NCBI RefSeq assembly: GCF_021028975.2
Contig: NC_059440.1
Coordinates: forward strand, 22,506,001 to 22,570,000
Source: Sphaerodactylus townsendi
Lineage: Eukaryota
DNA: 64,000 nt
Direction of reading: 5' to 3'
The notes beneath the pieces are model-generated. The model did not search any database. It saw only the letters and a program-made list of their open reading frames with translations, and was not told the origin of the DNA. The position numbers were made by a program, and so were the translations under genes. Positions 49,901 through 61,279 of this stretch are shown piece by piece (positions within the stretch are counted from its first letter, which is position 1; each line of letters starts with the position of its first letter).

Positions 49901-50168
49901 CTTTTCTCCATAAAATGCAAACCCAAAGCAGCCTGCAACGTTCACAACGCGCAAAATACAATCAAATTTCGCCGTTACGTAAAATAATCAAATGCATGTT
50001 CCCACTTCTGCTTTACTGGAGTCACAATGGCATGCCACGTAGAGCGCTATCTGTAACGAAAGGCGCGCCATACATGCACACACACAAACACACATATGTA
50101 AATCCCAACCCCTTTGGATTACACTTACCCCACAGGAGGAGCAAAGGGATTCTAAGCGAAGAATTCAT
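46913..50168 (-). CDS. PLA2G2E: Group IIE secreted phospholipase A2, 144 aa; exons 50168-50129, 48498-48354, 48055-47949, 47055-46913
   Basis: [144 protein letters not shown]. Exon sizes 40/145/107/143; Ca loop and His48/Asp49/Asp99 intact. First gene after OTUD3, tail-to-tail. Confidence 0.93.
47600..47895 (-). mobile_element. tRNA-derived SINE (Squam3-like) in a PLA2G2E intron
   Basis: Family match with (AAG)n tail. Confidence 0.8.
48625..49210 (-). mobile_element. L2-clade LINE 3' fragment
   Basis: Encodes [14 protein letters not shown]...[17 protein letters not shown]...KTVLFHQAF; (TAAA)n tail. Confidence 0.88.
49354..49752 (+). mobile_element. CR1 LINE 3' fragment
   Basis: Encodes [24 protein letters not shown]...[22 protein letters not shown]; CR1 tail. 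Confidence 0.92.
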
Positions 50169-50282
50169 TTACGTAGATACCAAATAAGCAGAATAGTAGA
50201 AAAGACTTCTTCTATGTAATAAGGCAGGAAAGTACAGGGAATCTAGAGAGCTATACGCTGTACTTGATATGCATAGAGGCTA

Positions 50283-50292
50283 CTTATATAAT
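50283..50292 (-). promoter_or_regulatory. Putative TATA box of PLA2G2E
   Basis: TATATAAG on the minus strand, ~115 nt upstream of the ATG. Confidence 0.45.
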
Positions 50293-51320
50293 TACACATG
50301 CTTCTGTTCCTCTTTGGGAATGGCGTTATGACAGGATGCGCAAATATTGATATTTCTCATCAGGATCTGCTTGATTAGCCAAGGTGTACTTAATACCAAC
50401 CCGCCCACAAAATTGTCGGACCATATATTGACCCAGGCTGCCCCTGGGAAAACTAAATTTCCCAGAGTTCTTGGGATGCTGCCATAGCTGCATTTGTCCT
50501 GGATGCCAGGGGAAACAGCTTCCGTTTTTGGAAGAATAGCAGCAGCCAAAAAATGGACTTGGAGGGAATTCAGAGAGCGGCAGCAATCAGATGAAAATTT
50601 AGAGCTCTCAGTCAAAATAGAGAATTTATTCCCAAGCTTTCTGCAGTACTGTTCATAAGCGCTATGCTCTGTTCCACATAAAGGTAATAGTAGATTGTAT
50701 ATTCCTCTGCCACAGAACAAAGCATGCCGAACCTTCTTTGTACTAGAATGCTCTGCCTGGGTCCTAGTACCTACCTAGCCCTGTTTCCCCCATCCAGTTG
50801 AAAGTAAAATACATTTTGGCATAAATGCTCTTGTATCAAAGTACTATGTTCCATAATGCACAAATAATGGTTTTGACAAAGGCAGCATGTAAAAATGATT
50901 GATAATTCTCATACGCATTCGAAACTTTTGTTTCCTTGAGCAGCTGATAGCTGATGATTTGTTGCTTAGAAGACAAGAGATGATGAATCTTGCCCAACCT
51001 AGGAGCTAACTGATGCTTCGTACCAGAATGTCTAGAAAGAGGTTTTTTTGAATGGACTCATCTGGAGGTTTCCAGTATCAGCACTGAGGAAGACAGCACA
51101 CCATGTGTCTCCTTGGGAGTGGCCAAGACCCTGCTGGTGTTTTCTGTGGCTTATGAACAGATGGTCCCTGAGAATCTAGACTGTTGGCCTCTTAACACTT
51201 TACAAAGCCCTCATGTTTGTTGAGAGAGAACATAAGGAGCTTAGAACCATTGCTCAGTGGAAGCGTTGTGTCTCCCAGCCTCAAATGTGTCCTTTTCTCC
51301 TCACAACTGGGTGTGCAGAC

Positions 51321-51570
51321 CAGAGGTGTATCTAGGGAAAATGTAGCCGGGTGTAAAATCTGAGTTTTCTGCCCACCTCCCCGTCTGGGCAGCCGCCCTC
51401 CTCCACCATGACCAAACAACGTTTTTTTGCACCAGGTCTTGAAGTCAGTGTATGGACCTGGGGGGAAGAAGGAGGGGTGTGGGACGTCCCCCGATTTTCG
51501 GCCCTCGTGTAAATGGTCACAGCCTGGGGAAATTTGACCCCATATGTTCCCCTGGGCAGTACGCCCCAGG
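51321..51570. mobile_element. Non-autonomous hAT-like element; related copy at ~6025-6228
   Basis: CAGAGG(T/C)GTAT(C/T)TAG(G/A)GAAAATGTAGCC start shared by both loci; TACGCCCCAG end; flanking GTGCAGAC duplicated. Confidence 0.72.
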
Positions 51571-51989
51571 TGCAGACTGGAGTAATGGGTGTGTTCCTTT
51601 GCAAGCTTGTTCTCTGCTGCTTAAAGCACCCAATGGAGCAGCTATTCGTGAAAACATGTTATTTCCAAGGTTGCATGTAAGTTTTGCAATGGCACCAGTA
51701 GCTCCTCTATTGGGCAGTAAGATATATGTGAAGTTATGGTTTAATGTCATTTTGCGCAGTAGTAGATCATCAAAATTATGCACATGAAATAGTTTTGATT
51801 CTGACGGTGTCTATCAAGGGCTGTTTGACAGCTTTGACTCTTAAAAAGTGTGTACCCCAAAAATTGTGTTGATCTTTAAGATGCTACTGGACACAAACAA
51901 GGCTGATTGTTTTTGACCTATATTCTTTGTCATAGAAACAAGGCTTTTGGTTTTTGACCTGTATTCTTCATGGCTCACAAAACATTTCT

Positions 51990-52290
51990 GTGTGGTGTAG
52001 TGGTTAAGAGCAGGTGTAGTGGATAAGAGCAGGTGCACTCTAATCTGGAGAACCAGGTTTGATTCCCCACTTTGCCACTTGAGCTATGGAGGCTTTTCTG
52101 GTGAATCGGATTAGTTTGTGCACTCCAACACATGCCAGCTGGGTGACCTTGGGCTAGTCACAGTTCTTCGGAGCTCGCAGGGTATTTGTTGTGTGTGTGG
52201 GATGTGTGTGAGGGAAAGTAGATTGTAAGCCCCTTTGAGTCTCCTTACAGAAGAGAAAGGGGGGGGTGTATAAATTCAATTTTTTCTTCT
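51990..52290 (+). mobile_element. tRNA-derived SINE, followed by a minus-strand CR1 fragment (~52291-52535)
   Basis: SINE family match; the CR1 piece is complementary to 49390-49645. Confidence 0.8.
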
Positions 52291-53199
52291 TTAAAAACCT
52301 CCAAAGAAGGAGACTCCACCGCACTCCGAAGTAGTGCATTCCACTGTCAAACAGCCCTCACTGTCTGGAAGTTTTTCCTGATGTTTAGGTGGAATCTCTT
52401 TTCCTCCACCTTGAACCCATTACTTCTGGTCTGGAGCCGCAGAAAACAAAGCTCGCTCCCTCACTAACATGACATCCCTTCAAATATCTAAACATGGCTA
52501 AAATGTCACCTCTTAACCTTCTCTTCACCAAACTTCTCCTCACCAGACTGTACAGTAAAGTAATTATAAACTAAACTTAATGATAGTACAACAAATTGAG
52601 ATTAAGATAACAATAGTTTAGAGAGAAAGTAAATGATTATTTATCCCAGTTTCATTTCTATGTTTCTCTTCTATATCTTATTTTTGTAGTGTAAGAAATA
52701 TTTCTCCAGAGAAACTTTATAAGTTTAGTTATATAGAATGATTTTTGGAATGCCGCCTCAACTCAGAGGAAGAAGAAATAGTTCACAGCTGACGAAGAGG
52801 GAAGTCACCTAATTTTGATTAGGTTTAAGAATGTTTTGTGTGTGTACGTTTTTTTTAGTACTCATGATGGATTCCAAATTTGTAATGATCCTAATTTTGA
52901 TTTTATTTGTTGAAATTTAATAAAAAAATGTATTTTTAAACAAATAACTCCTTGGGTTTTGGGATGGTCGTGCTCTCTAGCCGTCCTCCAAAACAGGGCT
53001 CCACCAAGATGATGATGATGATGATTTATTTGATTTAATAAACCGCCCACCCCTGAAGGGCTCTGGGCAGTGTACAAGAAAACAGTGGGTAGAACAACGA
53101 TACATAATAAGTAATTAAATAAAAATCCGTGATTTGATTGATAAGCCGATGACTCCAACCATGCATAGAAGACACCTTAACTGACAAATGCTGGAACCA

Positions 53200-56100
53200 T
53201 CACTTACATAGTGATGGTTCTTCCGAACAGTCCCTTCCTTTCAAAGCAGCAAAGTCTGGGTTGAATAAATCATGGTACATCTGCAGGCAAAACACATAAT
53301 ATCTGTCGCACCTACAAGCTCGTCTTCTACACCATGAGAACAGAAGGAAAGAAAGACTACTAAAAAGATAATGACTTCAGTGCTCCCTTTTAGGATTGTT
53401 GTTTGTTTGATATTTTCATGCTTCAGTGTTTTCCTTAGGCAGTATCTTTTCTAAGGTCGTTTGTAGTAAACCCTTTGCAGTAAATCCTTGTAACCGTAGC
53501 TCTGTTAAAGGAGGTTAAGTCAGGAACCAACCAAACTACAGTTCCCAGGATTCATCATAGCAAGCACGTTTTGAGGCCATGAACTCCATAAGCTTGTGCT
53601 TTGGCATGTATCGTCTTCTATCCTAGTTCATCTCCTGATAGAGGATGTAGCATTTTGAGTGCATCAGGGCTGGCAACAGGCTGTACCCATGTCTGTTCTC
53701 ATCCTGGGCTGTTTGTACCAAGGACACCGGAGTCTTTTCCAAAACCTGTTCTAAGCATGAATGGCATGAAGCCAGAGAGGTGTTGCCCCATAGCACACAC
53801 CTGGGTCCTGGTTGGGGTTATTACAGTTGATTTCCAGGTGACCCAGAACAGTTCCCCTGGAGAAAATTATATTCCAGATATTAGTTAACGAAAAAGTTTG
53901 CCAGGTTGTGGGGATGGCTTATTAAATTATAACAAACGGCCCGTCACAAATAAAATTATTTCCTATAAAGGAAGAAGGACAATGGCCCGGATACTTACAT
54001 TCCATAACAGATGGGAATACCCTCCAGCTATTTCAGAGTCTTTTAGTTCACTAATATATTTCTTTTACTTGATAACCTTTTACTTTGGTATTTATGCTCT
54101 TTTGGTATGGGTCGGTTTGTACTTGGCTGTTTTTCCTTCTTATCTTTGAAGTACACTCTTTTAATATAGAACTCTTTGTGTTTGAGTCTTGACCTNNNNN
54201 NNNNNNNNNNNNNNNNNNNNNNNNNNNNNNNNNNNNNNNNNNNNNNNNNNNNNNNNNNNNNNNNNNNNNNNNNNNNNNNNNNNNNNNNNNNNNNNNNNNN
54301 NNNNNNNNNNNNNNNNNNNNNNNNNNNNNNNNNNNNNCAGCAGAACAACAACAAGCACAGTAAAAACAAATAGAATAATCCCAGTTAAAAATAATACAAA
54401 ACCTTAAAACTATAGCAGCAGTAACCTTCAATAAATAATTAATAGCAGAGACGTCTGGCATCACACCCCAGTAATCAAACCCTGGGAGGTGGCTGGCAGA
54501 TGCCCAAATACACAGCCAGTGCATTATAGTCTTTTAATGTAGAACTCCTTGTGTTTACTCCTGTCTTTTTAATCTTTGAAAATTGATGCCAGTCTCTGTT
54601 TCGGTGAACATGATGTGACAAAACTTTTAAATATTTTGAAACGGAAGAAGGTGTACCAGCTCAGACTTTGAAGGGTCAGGGTTCGCTTCATGAATTGGCC
54701 CTATGAGACAGTGGAAAAGGGTCCACCATCCCAGAGAAGATCTACCAAGTAGACCTCAGCTCCGAGCAGAGGCAAAGATTTCCCCTTCTGCAGCAAATAC
54801 CCAAGCGCTCTTTCTGGGTGGGAGGGATAAACTCAGTATGTTGCTTTTATGTTAGGTACAACCTAACATTAAATATCTATATATCTAATTTTGACCATGA
54901 CCCAAAAGCACAGATTAAAAAATCTTCACAGTGGGTTTCCCCCCCTACAAACCTGGCATAGTCCTCAAGTTTTCTGAAAAAACTGAAAAGACCAAAAAAA
55001 TAAATTGTGAGGGAGAGTTAATTTCCTCCCAACCCAAAAATTAATGAGGAAAAGATCTCATGATGTTCTACCGCAAGATCTCAGCCGCCACTTTAAAGAG
55101 AGCTAGTGTGATGTACTGTCTAAGAATGCTGGGTGCTTGGGGTGACCCAAGTTCAAATTCCCACTTGTGCCCATGGAAGCTTGTTGGGTGACATTGCCAT
55201 TCATAAAATTTAACATCTTTCTATGTCATTATGAGACCAGGATGGCACATCACTCACCACATTCAATCTCTTTGCCATCATAGGTGTAACTGTAGCTGGT
55301 CTTTGTGGCATCACACTGTTTGGTCTTTAAATAATCATAGCAGCAGTTAAGGATCTGACAACATCTACATGAGAAAGAATTTTTTAAAAACGAAAGTCAG
55401 TTCTGAATCTGTTATAATGACAAATTTTCCTCTGATCTATCAGCATACTATTTTCAAAGGGTGCTTTCACAGTATACTAATATACATGCCCTGTAGGCAG
55501 ACTCTGTGGTATAGAGTTAGCATGGTGTAGCGGTTAAGAGTGGTCAACCTCTTGAGTGACTTTGGACTAGTTGCAGTACTCTCAGAACTCTCTCAGGTCC
55601 ACCTACCTCACAAGCAGTGGTGGGATTCAGCAGGTTCGCACCACTTTGGCAGAACTGGTTGTTAAAATGGTGCTTGTAAACAACCAGTGGTTAAATTATT
55701 TGAATCTCACCACTGCTCACAAGGTGTCTGTTGTGGGATGAGGAAAGGAAACCTACAGTAATTTAATAGCTGCTCGCCCCCTTCACAAGTGAGAATTTTC
55801 TGCACTTTTACTGGAGGTTGATTCCACCTACAGTGGACTGCTGATGTACGATAATGTAAGATGGCTGAGCCGAGGCAAAGTTCTTGAGCGCTTTGTGGAG
55901 TGCTTTGAAGAAATTAAGATTTTTTTTGAGGATAAGGATCTGGGAAACTTTCCTCAGCTCAATGATGATAAGTGGGTCAACACCCTGATGTTTTTTACAG
56001 ATCTCTCTGTTCATATTAATGAACTGAACTTAAAGTTACATGGTTTTGGCAAAAGTATTGACATTATGTTTGGATACATAAAAGCTTTTGTAAGTAAATT

Positions 56101-58920
56101 TAAAATTTTCAAGCCAGATGTAGACACTAAAACTTATAAGTATTTTCCTTGAGTAACAAACTATTTTGAGAAGGCCAGTGCAGCTATACAAAATGAAATG
56201 GAACCCTTGCATATAAAGTACCAGCATGTTTTAGGCTCGTTACTTGACCAGTTCAGTGATAAATCTAATCAATTTCGAAGCCTAGAACAGACCATGAAAA
56301 TAATGAATATCCTGATGTAGTTTGGAATTAAATGGTTTCCAATGGATGCAAATTGATGATTTGGAGATGCAACTTGCAGAATTTCAAGACAGCATCTGGG
56401 CTCAGGTGTTTGTCGGCTTGAGGTCAAAGCTTGAGAATCTGGAAAGGTGCTGCTTGGAGAATCGCCACTATGAACAGGAAATTTGGAGTGCCTGGAACCA
56501 ATTACCAGACACTTTTAGCACCATGAAAAATATAGTAATGGCTTTACTCACAATTTTTCCCTCTACGTACTTTTGTGAGACCTTATTCTCAGTGTTAAAT
56601 AATATCAAAACCAACAAAAGAAACAGATTGACAGATGAAGTTAGTAGCGCTTGAAGGCTTACAAAAAATACCAATTGAAGATTTAGCCAATGAAATTCCA
56701 GCAAAACTAAAAAAGTCACTAATAGGCAGATTAAAGGATTCCCCCTCCCTCCTCAACTAATCCACACAAGTTAAATAATATCAAGACCAACAAACGAAAC
56801 CGACTGACAAATGAACCAAGACAAATGAACCAAGGAGCATGTAAGTTAAATAATTAGTTTTGGTATTTGCTAAATACAGTTATATGTTTACAATTAAGCA
56901 TTTTTTGTTATTTAAAACATATAAATATCATGAAATTATTATTTTTTTCTCAAAGTGACACACCACCCGAGTTGTGCTTTCGGTTTTGGCTTAATTTTGG
57001 TACACACCAAGCAAGCTCAAAAGGTTGCCCATCACTGCCCTAAGGGAAGAATTAGGGTTAGGGTTAAGGGAGGGAAGGGAACCAGCATCTGGTTTTTTCC
57101 CACATATCCTATGGGAAGAATTGGGGTTATGGTTAAGGGAGGGAAGGGAACCAGCATCTCATTTCCCCCCCCCCCTTACCCTAAGGGAAGAATTGGGGTT
57201 CAGGTTAAAGGAGGACGGGACTCAGCATCTCGTTTTTCCCCACATATCCTGTATTGGATTAATTGGGGTTAGAGGTTAAGGAGGGATGGAGCCCAGACAT
57301 CCGTTTTTTCCCCCACATACCCGGGATCGGAAGAATTAGGGTTAGAGGTTAACGGAGGAGAGAAGGCACAGCATCTCGTTTCTTCTTTCCGCCACATGTA
57401 CCCTATGCGGGAAGAATTAAGGGTTAGGGCTAAGGGGAGGGAAAGGGGCCCAGGGATCTCAAGTTTTTTCCCCATTGATACCAGGGTGGCCAGAGTCCCC
57501 CCAACGACAATGATGGCCTTTTACCCCTTTCCCCCAAGTTATAACGCCATAATAATGCCCTTTATAATGCTGTAATAACGCCATAATAACACTGTGATAA
57601 CGCCATAATAACGCTGTAGTAATGTGGGCAAAGGCCGTTATAACGCGGCTGCTGACCCCACCTGGCTGCCTCCCTCCCACACCAGCTGAGGGCTGCTTCT
57701 GCAGCAATTATCAGCTCCCTTTCTATCCAGGTTTGTTGTTCACTAGCATCTATGGTGATTCCGCCTTTTACCCCTTTCCCCCATGTTACATCGCCGTTAC
57801 AACGCCGTTACTATGGCATTGTACCGACGTTATAACGGCGTGGGAAAAAGGGGTAAAAGGCCGTCACCATCGTTGGGTGGACTCTGGCTGCCCTGATAGA
57901 CGGTGTGTGTGTGTGTGTGTGATGGTGCTAGGGAGGCAGCCGGGTGGGGTCAGCAGCTGCGTTATAATGGCCATTGCCCACATTATTGCAGCGTTATTAC
58001 AGTGTTATTATGGCGGCGCATACTGGCATTATAAACGTGTGGGAAGTGCTACCAAGGCGATCATCGTCAAGCTGGGGACTCTGGCTGCCCTGATAGATGG
58101 GGGAGGGGCTGCCAGTGCTACTGGAGCAGCCCTCAGCTGGGGTGGGAGGGAGGCAGCCAGGTGGGGTCAGCAGCCGCGTTATAACTGCCATTGCCGAACG
58201 CGTTACAGCGCTACAGAAGCTATTAACAGCACCGTTACAACCCCGCTACAATCCAATGGCGCTGTAATGGTGTTGTAACGATGAGGGAAAGGGAGTAAAA
58301 GGCCAATCGCCGTCAGTAAGGCGGACTCTATGGCATGCTCTTGCGTTCTGTTCGACGTGGGCATGCTTCCAGAACAAAAAACTTTGCTAGCATGCTTGCT
58401 TTCGGGGATGTTTCTTTATATTTACCACTTCAGCAAAACCTCTACTAGGTCTTATTTTCAGGGGATGTCTTATTTTGGGAGAAACGGGGTAGTAGGAACA
58501 ATTAGTACAGTGGGGCAGGGATTGCACAATGGGGGGGAAAACACAAAACAATATTGCCAAACATTTCTTTTTAAGGCAACAAGACATTCAGTGTGGTAAA
58601 TGCGTTATTCAGTGTAGTAAAGGCCTCTTTACACATTACTGAGTACACAGTAGGGTGGTGGCTGCAGAGCTCCTGGAATTACAACTGATCTCCCAATTAG
58701 AGAGATCAGTTTCCACAGAGAAAATGGCGGTTTGTAGGGAAAACATTATACTTTGCTGAGGCCCTTCCCTGCCCAAACATTGCCCCCCATAGGCTCCATC
58801 TCCCCCAATCTCCAGGAATCTTTCAGCCTGGTTGGCAACCCTGGTACATAGGTTGGTTCTAGTCTGACATAAGGTTGCCGACTCCAGAATGGGAAATTCC
58901 TGAGACTGCTGATTGTTATG

Positions 58921-58981
<61 letters not shown>

Positions 58982-59909
58982 AACAAATAAATAAAATATA
59001 CTCATCAACATGATCCTTGGGATAACCGTGACCAAGGCTATAATCTCCACAGTAGCAACCGTATGATTTTAAAAGACTGTCATACATCTGAGTCACGTCG
59101 GCAAGCATCCGGTCACGGTCTCTTTTCTTCCCATGGGCACCATAACCACCTAGAAAACAGTAGCGACAACCAATTAAATCCTGTTTGTGGAGAGTAGTTC
59201 AGTTTGTTTTTGTTATTGGCAATGAAGAGCAAAGATGTCAAGGGTCACATCAGCAGTCAGTGCCTGCTCTTGATTGCCAACTGATGGCTTTTATGTCACT
59301 GGTTTGTAAACAAGTCAGGAGTCAAGACACAGCTGCCTCCTGGTAATGGATTAGTCCTGGAAGAAGGGGAGCTGGAACATGAAGAACAGCACATGTAATG
59401 CACATGTAATAGCACCCGCTAGTCTGCTTTCTGGGCCCACTTGCTTCGTGAGGTGAAATCTGACTTGTGATTTTTGGCAACCTATGAATTAATGACCTCT
59501 GAAACATCCTATAGTTAATAGCCTTGTTCAGGTCTGGGGACGTGACGGGGTGTTTTCCTTTATAGACTCAATTCATCTCATGTTGGGTCTCCTGATTCCT
59601 GGCTGCCTTCAACCTTTTCCAGCATTATATTATTTTCCAGTGATCTGCTATATCAATATTTCTCGTACCATTTTTTTTAAAAAGTGGCCAGCAGTGAGGA
59701 GGGGACATGGCAGGTGGGAGGAAAAATATGAGGGAAAGCCATCCTGAGAAAGCTCAAAGCCTGTTGAGATTGCCCCTGTAATGAGGAATGAGCCCATTAT
59801 TTCGTAGTGATCCCACTCAATTGTGTAAAAGTCACTCCATGAAAAACCTCGGAAGGATATTCCACTTACCAGAGGTGACCAGCGCAGCAATCATAAGGAG
59901 ATGGTTCAT
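53200..59909 (-). CDS. Divergent group II sPLA2 paralogue, predicted catalytically inactive (H48L, D49N); possibly a pseudogene. Exons 59909-59870, 59149-59002, 55364-55258, and last exon ~53350-53200 (acceptor uncertain)
   Basis: MNHLLMIAALVTS|GGYGAHGKKRDRDRMLADVTQMYDSLLKSYGCYCGDYSLGHGYPKDHVDE|CCQILNCCYDYLKTKQCDATKTSYSYTYDGKEIEC|..SWCRRRACRCDRYYVFCLQMYHDLFNPDFAALKGRDCSEEPSLCK*. Exon sizes 40/148/107 and 14 Cys; the final junction is phase-discordant. Confidence 0.75.
54196..54337. other. Assembly gap (142 N)
   Basis: Run of N bases. Confidence 1.
55615..55715. mobile_element. Short hAT MITE nested in a SINE (~55520-55750)
   Basis: TIRs CAGTGGTGGGATTCA / TGAATCTCACCACTG; perfect TSD CTCACAAG. 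Confidence 0.85.
55790..57037 (+). mobile_element. 3' half of a decayed autonomous hAT-Charlie (GTF2IRD2/SPIN-like) transposon
   Basis: Encodes VRWLSRGKVLERF...LMFFTDLSVHINELNLKL and the dimerisation domain LLTIFPSTYFCETLFSVLNNIKTNKRNRLTDE, with stops and frameshifts; right TIR AAGGTTGCCCATCACTG ends at 57037. Confidence 0.9.
57044..57475. repeat. Six diverged ~70-bp tandem units with telomere-like TTAGGG/TTGGGG motifs
   Basis: Units of type GGGAAGAATTAGGGTTAGGGTTAAGGGAGGGAAGGGAACCAGCATCT...TTTTCCC start at ~57044, 57113, 57185, 57255, 57329 and 57409. Confidence 0.88.
57478..58330. repeat. CpG-rich complex inverted and direct repeat block (probable internal region of a DNA transposon)
   Basis: 57640-57700 is the reverse complement of 58125-58185; repeated TAACGCC/GCGTTA motifs. 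Confidence 0.7.
58923..58977. repeat. (AC)n microsatellite
   Basis: Seen directly, ~25 nt into the intron after the second coding exon of the divergent PLA2. Confidence 0.98.
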
Positions 59910-60321
59910 CGTCAGACACCACCTTAACAGACAGCTCAGGATTCTCCAGTGATCCCCACACTGAGGACTGAGGACCGAGAAGTTCAGATCTTCCACAGTC
60001 TGATTTGGAAATGCTCTGTCATTGATCGAGAGGGACGTGAAGTCCAAACTGCCAGAGGAGTACTCATATATAGGATCATGGAAAGAAAGGTTGTTAAAAG
60101 GCTGTGGGCGCCCAGGTACAACCTGTGATCACCAGGAGATGGTCACTGATATGGAATACGCCCTTGGACTGGACGCGTGACAAGTTGGCCCTGACTTCAA
60201 TGCACATCACTGTTATCTTCATTCTTTGCTCTTCTGTTAGAAATAGCAGATCTAATGGGAGGTTATGGATCACAGTTAGTCTTCGAAGGGTAAATTGTAC
60301 AAAGGCACAGTTTGGATCATG

Positions 60322-60610
60322 GTCAGCGTGGTGTAGTGGTTAAGAGCAGGTGGACTTTAATCTGGAGAACCAGGTTTGATTCCCCCACTCCTCCACCTAA
60401 GTGGCAGAGACTTATCTGGTGAGCAAGATGTGTCTCCGCATTCCTAGATTCCTGCTAGGTGACCTTGGGCCAGTCACAGTTCTTCGGAACTCTCTCAACC
60501 CCACCTGCCTCACCAGGTGTCTGTTGTGGGGAGAGGAAGGAGTTTGTAGGCCACCTTCGGTTTCCTTACAGGACAGAAAGGTGGGGTATAAGTCCAAACT
60601 CTTCTTCTTC
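60322..60610 (+). mobile_element. tRNA-derived SINE (Squam3-like)
   Basis: Family match with (CTT)n tail. Confidence 0.82.
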
Positions 60611-60907
60611 ATATGGGAAGAGGAAGGGTTTAGATTGGAATAACCCTGATTGGGCTGAAACAGAGGAATCGGCACGCTAATTGGCTGGAGGGGCTGAAGT
60701 CGAGAATACTTACAGACAGTCCGCTGCAAAGCTTGAGTTCCAACACGAAGTTCACCAAAAAGTACCTCCCTCGAGCAGGGATCGAGAAGATCCGCTCAGG
60801 CGGGTCGAAGGAGAGTCAGACTTGTGTCGAAATCTGCAGCTGTGCGGACTACCCGGGCCAAACACAAGTCGAGCCCTGCTGGTGATGTACTGTGTGGAAT
60901 CACTCAA

Positions 60908-61155
60908 TATGGGTTTAAATCACAAGCAGAAAGCTGCTGCTGGATATTACAATTTTTTTGCAGCATGGTGCTCAGTAGTAGAAACAGCTGCCGGCGGGGG
61001 TGTGTGTGTGTGTGTGTGATGAGCTCCCCATCACTGGCAGTTTTCAAGCAGTGGCTTGACAAACACTTGTCAGGTATGTTCTAGGCTGAGCCTACACTGA
61101 GCTAGAGCTTGAACTAAATGGCCAGTCTGGCCCCTTCCTGCTCTATGATTGTATG
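60908..61155 (+). mobile_element. Old CR1 3' fragment
   Basis: Similar to 6975-7213. Confidence 0.7.
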
Positions 61156-61279
61156 GTTCTTTTTCTGCCATTGTATCCAGCCAAGCAGGCGATACCCCAG
61201 TAGCATCTCCACAAGACGCTTGTGGGACCACAATCAAGTTCTACCACCAATGGGCCAGTCGGCTTTATTGGGTACTCAC

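Noticed and set aside
53368-53502. Two in-frame TGA codons upstream of the last exon of the dead PLA2, read as selenocysteine or readthrough
   Set aside because: No SECIS was recognised, the positions do not align with cysteines, and the frame match has a one-in-three chance.
54043-54524. ORFs spanning the X run
   Set aside because: They are artefacts of the assembly gap.
57044-57475. Repeat array superficially like CRISPR or an interstitial telomere
   Set aside because: The context is eukaryotic, the units are diverged with no unique spacers or cas genes, and it is not a pure (TTAGGG)n tract.
60718-60870. HDV-like ribozyme or telomerase RNA
   Set aside because: P3/L3, P1.1 and J4/2 consensus are absent on both strands, and there is no full CTAACCCTAAC template.
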